31,573 bases of DNA from Syntrophomonadaceae bacterium. Its GTDB lineage: Bacteria; Bacillota; Dethiobacteria; DTU022. The notes beneath the pieces are model-generated. The model saw nothing but the letters and a program-made list of their open reading frames with translations, was not told where the DNA came from and ran no database searches. Shown here one piece after another: positions 27,164 through 31,573 of this stretch. Position 1 is the stretch's first letter. Every line of letters begins with the position of its first letter. The position numbers and the translations under genes were made by a program. Location: the NCBI GenBank assembly GCA_003553305.1, contig PWEB01000093.1:1-31573 (forward strand), written 5' to 3'.

Positions 27164-27701
27164 TAATAATCATTCCGATTACAATAAACAGCCCGGCAGT
27201 TCCCCTTTTAAGGATATGGGGATTAATCCGAGAAATAAAGCGGCTGCCAAGGTAAACAGCGAGCAGATGGTTTAGAAACATAGCTGCCATTGCTCCGGCA
27301 AAAACAGCCAGGGGATAACCAAGGCTTGCAACTAAAAATACCGCTGTCAGCTGAGTCTTATCGCCAAATTCAGCAATGAAGACCAAACCGAGCGTTTGTA
27401 AAAAGCCGGCCTTAGCAGGAGCTTCTTCTTCGGGAGGCTCTCTACGCAGATAAGTAAACAGCCCAATTCCAATAAAGAATAACCCCGAGATGATTGTTAA
27501 AAGGTTTTGTGGAACTGCAGCGGATAATAATTCTCCAACTCCCACAGCAAGACCGATAACAGCAGCAAGGGCAACCATTGCACCTGCCAACACCTGGAAG
27601 GGTGGATAGCGACAGGCCATGGTCAGCGTAACCAGCTGGGTCTTATCACCAAATTCGGCTACAAAAATTGCAATGAAAGCAGCAGCGGCGGCGGCAAACA
27701 T
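27135..27701 (-). CDS. TMEM165/GDT1 (UPF0016) family putative Mn2+/Ca2+ transporter
   Basis: Duplicated signature AEFGDKTQL in two hydrophobic halves. Confidence 0.92.
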   Translation of the reverse strand: MFAAAAAAFIAIFVAEFGDKTQLVTLTMACRYPPFQVLAGAMVALAAVIGLAVGVGELLSAAVPQNLLTIISGLFFIGIGLFTYLRREPPEEEAPAKAGFLQTLGLVFIAEFGDKTQLTAVFLVASLGYPLAVFAGAMAAMFLNHLLAVYLGSRFISRINPHILKRGTAGLFIVIGMIIIATEAGSIL

Positions 27702-27732
27702 TAACTACACCTCCGGGCGGTAATCAAGAGCG

Positions 27733-29100
27733 CTATTTTTTGCCCCAGAATTTTAGTTTCTTTAATCTTGCCAGCGGGTTTGGTTTGCTGATTTCAAGAT
27801 AGATTAATGAATCGGGAGCGGGAACAGGGATCATCCCTAAATCGGCAAAGCGATGTAATGACAAACTGTGGTATCTAGATATATTCAACCTGGACTTAAA
27901 AGATCTTTTTGTATCTATTTCTTCCGGAGCTTGTTTTCTTAAAACTTTTGAAAACGGTTCGCCGTTCCTGATGCCCTCCAGAAGGACCATGAAATAACTC
28001 TCTTCAATTTTTTTAAGAAAATCCAGATTGTCTGCCGGCAAAGCATTGTTAACAGAAAGGATTATGTCATCCTGCTGCAGCCCGGCCTGATCAGCAGCTG
28101 TTCCAGGCAATACTGACATTATTACTATTTCTGATCCCTTCCGGCGATAGCGCGGATGGCGGTTTTCTTCTTGTTTTTTACCATACATGATTAGTAATTC
28201 ATGACCAACTGGGGCAAAAATCACTCCTGGCAATATTAGCAGCGGGAAAAACTCTGAACCTACAGCAATAAACAATAGAATCACACTGTATAGAGCCAAT
28301 GTTTTGGCTGAAAAAGCAGTTTTCTCGCGGGGGGTCGATGAAAGAGCCATATCCCCGTATCCCAGCCCTGCTGCTACTGGTATGACCATATAGTATAATG
28401 CCTGACCTTCACCGGGTTGAATGACAGAATCAAGAATCGGCCACCATTCTGGCATACTTACCCCGACGCTTTCGGGTTGAGATACTACTGCAACCATCAG
28501 GGCAACCAGTGGAATTGGCCAAAACCGCTGCAGCGAAAACGCACCGACTACCTCACCGTCATCCTTTTTCAGGTATATCGGGCTGCTGCCCCAGTGTCCG
28601 CTGGTAAAAATTAAGATTGCTTCGACCAAATGAAGTAATCCAATCAAGACCAGCAGTGCCGGAATGTGAATCATGAGCAAGGAGTCAATAACAAAGTTTT
28701 CCTCCAAAGCAGGAAGGAGAGGCACCAGGATGTGGCGGGCAAATAAAACCATAAAAGCAACAATCCCACCGGCATATGAAAAGCAAAGGTAACGGGGATT
28801 AACCAACAACAAAAGCAAAGCAACTGGCCAGATAAAGTAAAGACCGATTTGTTCCAGAGATAATCCCAGGAAAACCAGGATCATGCTTGCTACCAGTCCA
28901 CCAAGAAGACCCAAACCAAGGGAAAACAATATTTGCCTGCCCACAGGGTTGATCACCCGTCCATATAGTTTTTCTTCAGTTGCAGCCTGGCGCTTGTACT
29001 GCAAATATACCAAAAACATAACAACCAAGAAAATGGGCATGATCAAAGCAAGCATATAAACCGTAATAAATAGCTGGGCTATTTCAAAAAAAGGCTGCAT
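27733..29100 (-). CDS. Polytopic membrane protein with C-terminal PDZ domain, MinJ/YvjD-like
   Basis: About 10 hydrophobic segments, NPRYLCFSYAGG, QRFWPIPL, PDZ-like VLPGTAADQAGLQQDDIILSVN. It sits between the S41 protease and uvrB, as minJ does in Bacillus. Confidence 0.8.
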   Translation of the reverse strand: MQPFFEIAQLFITVYMLALIMPIFLVVMFLVYLQYKRQAATEEKLYGRVINPVGRQILFSLGLGLLGGLVASMILVFLGLSLEQIGLYFIWPVALLLLLVNPRYLCFSYAGGIVAFMVLFARHILVPLLPALEENFVIDSLLMIHIPALLVLIGLLHLVEAILIFTSGHWGSSPIYLKKDDGEVVGAFSLQRFWPIPLVALMVAVVSQPESVGVSMPEWWPILDSVIQPGEGQALYYMVIPVAAGLGYGDMALSSTPREKTAFSAKTLALYSVILLFIAVGSEFFPLLILPGVIFAPVGHELLIMYGKKQEENRHPRYRRKGSEIVIMSVLPGTAADQAGLQQDDIILSVNNALPADNLDFLKKIEESYFMVLLEGIRNGEPFSKVLRKQAPEEIDTKRSFKSRLNISRYHSLSLHRFADLGMIPVPAPDSLIYLEISKPNPLARLKKLKFWGKK

Positions 29101-29103
29101 CAG

Positions 29104-30606
29104 TTATTCGTTTCCCCCGGTATTATTCCAAAGATCTGCTTGTTCAAGAAGCTGAAGGGCTTTATCGAGCTGCTTATCCTGTTCACGGGAAGCTGTATCA
29201 AGCGCGCTACGCAGCTCAACCCAGGTTTTATCATCAAACATTCCGCTGCTTTCTAGGCCTGCTTCAACCTGAAAGTTAGTGAGAGTATCAAAAGTTTGCT
29301 CATCAAAGTAACCGGTCACTTCAATTTCAAAACCGAGCAGCCCTAGCATTTCCTGAAGTATTTCTACATCTTCCCCGTAATCATCCAATTCCAGGCGGTC
29401 GGGATGAAAATAATGATAATAACGCAGCACTTCAGGCATCTCTACCTCGTAATCAGGCTTAATCCCATGTTCATCAATATTGTGGCCGGAAGGGGTAAAG
29501 TAATTTGCTACAGTGAGCATTATTGCGCTGTGATCGGAAATTTCCTCAAGCTGCTGCACTGAAGCTTTGCCAAAAGTTTTCTGACCAACCAGGAGGGCTG
29601 CGTCTCTATCCTGCAAAGCCCCGGCCAGGAGTTCAGATGCACTGGCTGACTCTTCGTTAACCAAAACCACGATTGGATAGGGCTTCCTTTCAGCCTCTGA
29701 ATAATAAACTGTCTTTACTTCATCATTCTGCCCGATCAGCCTGACAATTTCTCCTTCCGGAACAATCTGCTGGGCTATGCCTACTGCCTGATCAACCAAA
29801 CCTCCGGGATTATTTCGCAAATCTAAAATCAGCCCTTTACCCAGGCCGGCCTGCTCTATTTCCTGGAATATTTCCGTAAACTTTTCATCGGTATTACTAT
29901 CAAAATTCTCAATTTTAATATAACCCAGACCATCATCCAACATTTCACCGGTTACTGTTGTAACCTGGATTTCTTCCCTGGAAACTGTCATTTCAATCGG
30001 CTTGTCTGCCCCGGGCCGTTGAACTTTTATATCAATATGAGTATCAGGAGGTCCGCGCATTACTTCTGCAGCGTGGTTAATGCCTTCACCGGTCAGTTCA
30101 ATACCATCAGCTTCCAGGATCCGATCTCCAGGTGTAAACCCGGCCCGTTTAGCAGGTGAATCAGCAAAAGTTTCGAAAACGACAATATGCTCATTTGACT
30201 CAATAATGCGTACGCCAATTCCTCCATAAGTTCCCCTGGTATCCATTAGAAGTTCTTCAAGCTGATCGGGATCATAAAAGCGGACCTGGGGATCATCAAT
30301 GCTATCAATCATGCCCTGAATTGCGCCTTTGATCAAGTCTGATGTATCAACTTCATAGAAATAGTGATTGGAAATAGATTCAAGTGTTTCCCAAAAAATT
30401 TCTGTTTCAGTTTCCAGTTCACGAACATTGCCTTCTCGATTATTTTCTGGTTTATATTCTATAATTCTCTGCCCGTTTTCCTCTACAAAACCAGTAAATC
30501 CGCCTTGATCGCCAAAGATCAAATACGTGGCTAAATTCGTTCCCAGGAGAACCATAACAAACATAACGACCCATTTTAATACACTATTTTTAGCTGATGG
30601 TTCCAT
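29104..30606 (-). CDS. S41 family carboxyl-terminal protease (CtpA/CtpB-like) with PDZ and peptidoglycan-binding domains
   Basis: N-terminal transmembrane segment, YGGIGV, PDZ, LDLRNNPGG, SASASELLAGALQD, TFGKASVQ, PG-binding-like GEDVEILQEML...FQ. The ATG at 30606 fits SD AGGAG. Confidence 0.94.
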   Translation of the reverse strand: MEPSAKNSVLKWVVMFVMVLLGTNLATYLIFGDQGGFTGFVEENGQRIIEYKPENNREGNVRELETETEIFWETLESISNHYFYEVDTSDLIKGAIQGMIDSIDDPQVRFYDPDQLEELLMDTRGTYGGIGVRIIESNEHIVVFETFADSPAKRAGFTPGDRILEADGIELTGEGINHAAEVMRGPPDTHIDIKVQRPGADKPIEMTVSREEIQVTTVTGEMLDDGLGYIKIENFDSNTDEKFTEIFQEIEQAGLGKGLILDLRNNPGGLVDQAVGIAQQIVPEGEIVRLIGQNDEVKTVYYSEAERKPYPIVVLVNEESASASELLAGALQDRDAALLVGQKTFGKASVQQLEEISDHSAIMLTVANYFTPSGHNIDEHGIKPDYEVEMPEVLRYYHYFHPDRLELDDYGEDVEILQEMLGLLGFEIEVTGYFDEQTFDTLTNFQVEAGLESSGMFDDKTWVELRSALDTASREQDKQLDKALQLLEQADLWNNTGGNE

Positions 30607-30709
30607 CGCTTTCACTCCTGTCTAACACCCATTGATCGCTTTAATCACCCGTTAGCAGGGTGCCTGAAATACATGATACCATAAAACCGGTCCGCTGTAT
30701 TCCCCGCCG

Positions 30710-30750
30710 AAAAAATATAACCACCCCACGGCGCGTTTAATCAGGGTGGT
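30710..30750 (-). terminator. Probable terminator after the M23 peptidase gene
   Basis: ACCACCC...GGGTGGT 7-bp stem followed by TATATTTTTT. Confidence 0.5.
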
Positions 30751-30808
30751 CAAAAGTTTAGTAACTTTTTAATTATCCTGCTTAATTTACTCGGAACATT
30801 CTGTTCTT

Positions 30809-31573
30809 TTAAAAATAGTCCATAGGGTTAAGGCGGTGGTCAGGACTCCCACTGGGGAAACTGCGCACCGGCGTTTTATCAAATTCCCTTACTTCAAAAT
30901 GCAAATGGACCCCGGTACTGTAACCAGTAGTTCCGGCCCGGGCGATCCTCTGCCCTTTTTCGACAACATCGCCCTTGTTAACATTTAATGTGCTCATGTG
31001 AGCATAGAGCGTAACTGTGCCTCCGCCATGATCAATCATTATGCAATTCCCGTATCCGCCGTTCCATCCGGAATATATAACCTCACCCCGTTCAGCAGAT
31101 AAAATATAGTTAGCTTCTCCGTGGTGGGGCGCGATATCAACGCCGCCATGCCAGGCCTGATTCCCACTAAACGGGTCTCTTCGCCACCCATACCCCGAAG
31201 TAATCGAAGTAGGCGATTCAATCGGCCAGTGCAGGTCTCCCTCAACTCCGGAAAACTGGCTCTCCAGTTCGGCAAGCATAGCCTGAATGTTGGATTCAAT
31301 CCGCTGGGCTTCCTCTTCAAGATTAGCTATAGCTCCGAGAGTTTTTGTAATCTCATCCTGAAGTTCCACAATAATAATTTCTCTGTCGGCTGCTGCTCTT
31401 TCCATTTCTTTTTCATTAGCAGCTACCTGCTGGTGCATGTTTTCCAGACCGACCTTTTTTTCCTCCAGCTCATCTTTCCAGGTCTGAATAACGTCTCTTT
31501 CTTCCTGGATCTTTTCGATCAGGCGTAAATCATTAGAAGCTATGATACTTAAATTATGCAAGCGAGTTAAAAA
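30809..31573 (-). CDS. Coiled-coil plus M23 peptidase domain protein (EnvC-like); 5' end outside the window
   Basis: The frame stays open to the window edge (FLTRLHNLSII...). Coiled-coil region, then HGGVD, GGYGNCIMIDH, YAHMS and TGYSTGVHLHFEVR. Confidence 0.92.
   Translation of the reverse strand, partial: FLTRLHNLSIIASNDLRLIEKIQEERDVIQTWKDELEEKKVGLENMHQQVAANEKEMERAAADREIIIVELQDEITKTLGAIANLEEEAQRIESNIQAMLAELESQFSGVEGDLHWPIESPTSITSGYGWRRDPFSGNQAWHGGVDIAPHHGEANYILSAERGEVIYSGWNGGYGNCIMIDHGGGTVTLYAHMSTLNVNKGDVVEKGQRIARAGTTGYSTGVHLHFEVREFDKTPVRSFPSGSPDHRLNPMDYF

Noticed and set aside
30794-30807. GAAC-ATTCT-GTTC resembling a LexA box
   Set aside because: The spacer is 5 nt rather than 4, and it lies at the 3' end of the M23 gene, far from the uvr promoters.
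1-31573. CRISPR arrays, intact IS or integrase genes, rRNA, recoded stop codons, and the remaining short overlapping ORFs in the track
   Set aside because: None seen. Stops are followed by further nearby stops or by the next gene, and the short ORFs are antisense or out-of-frame shadows of well-supported genes.

Overview
Chromosomal window of a Bacillota (Firmicutes, clostridia-like) bacterium; every supported gene is on the minus strand. In transcription order: M23 peptidase (5' part outside window), S41 protease, MinJ-like PDZ membrane protein, TMEM165/GDT1 transporter, uvrB-uvrA-uvrC, Cof-type HAD, rapZ-whiA-rpoN, pgk-tpiA-gpmI-eno, secG-rnr, nitroreductase, smpB, ssrA (tmRNA, tag (A)AKPNYALAA), an AT-richer ~2.3 kb islet with two SAM methyltransferases and a 132-nt structured element, tRNA-Ala(CGC), an acidic beta-helix lipoprotein, and an O-antigen-ligase-like membrane protein missed by the ORF track (3' end outside window). 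It is mostly conserved housekeeping DNA. The best leads are the ssrA-linked islet with a possible degenerate att site and a large hairpin, a REP-like palindrome family in three operon spacers, and the absence of cggR-gap, yvcK, hprK and crh from their usual positions. I found no clearly complete novel multi-gene system. All calls were made by eye, without database searches.
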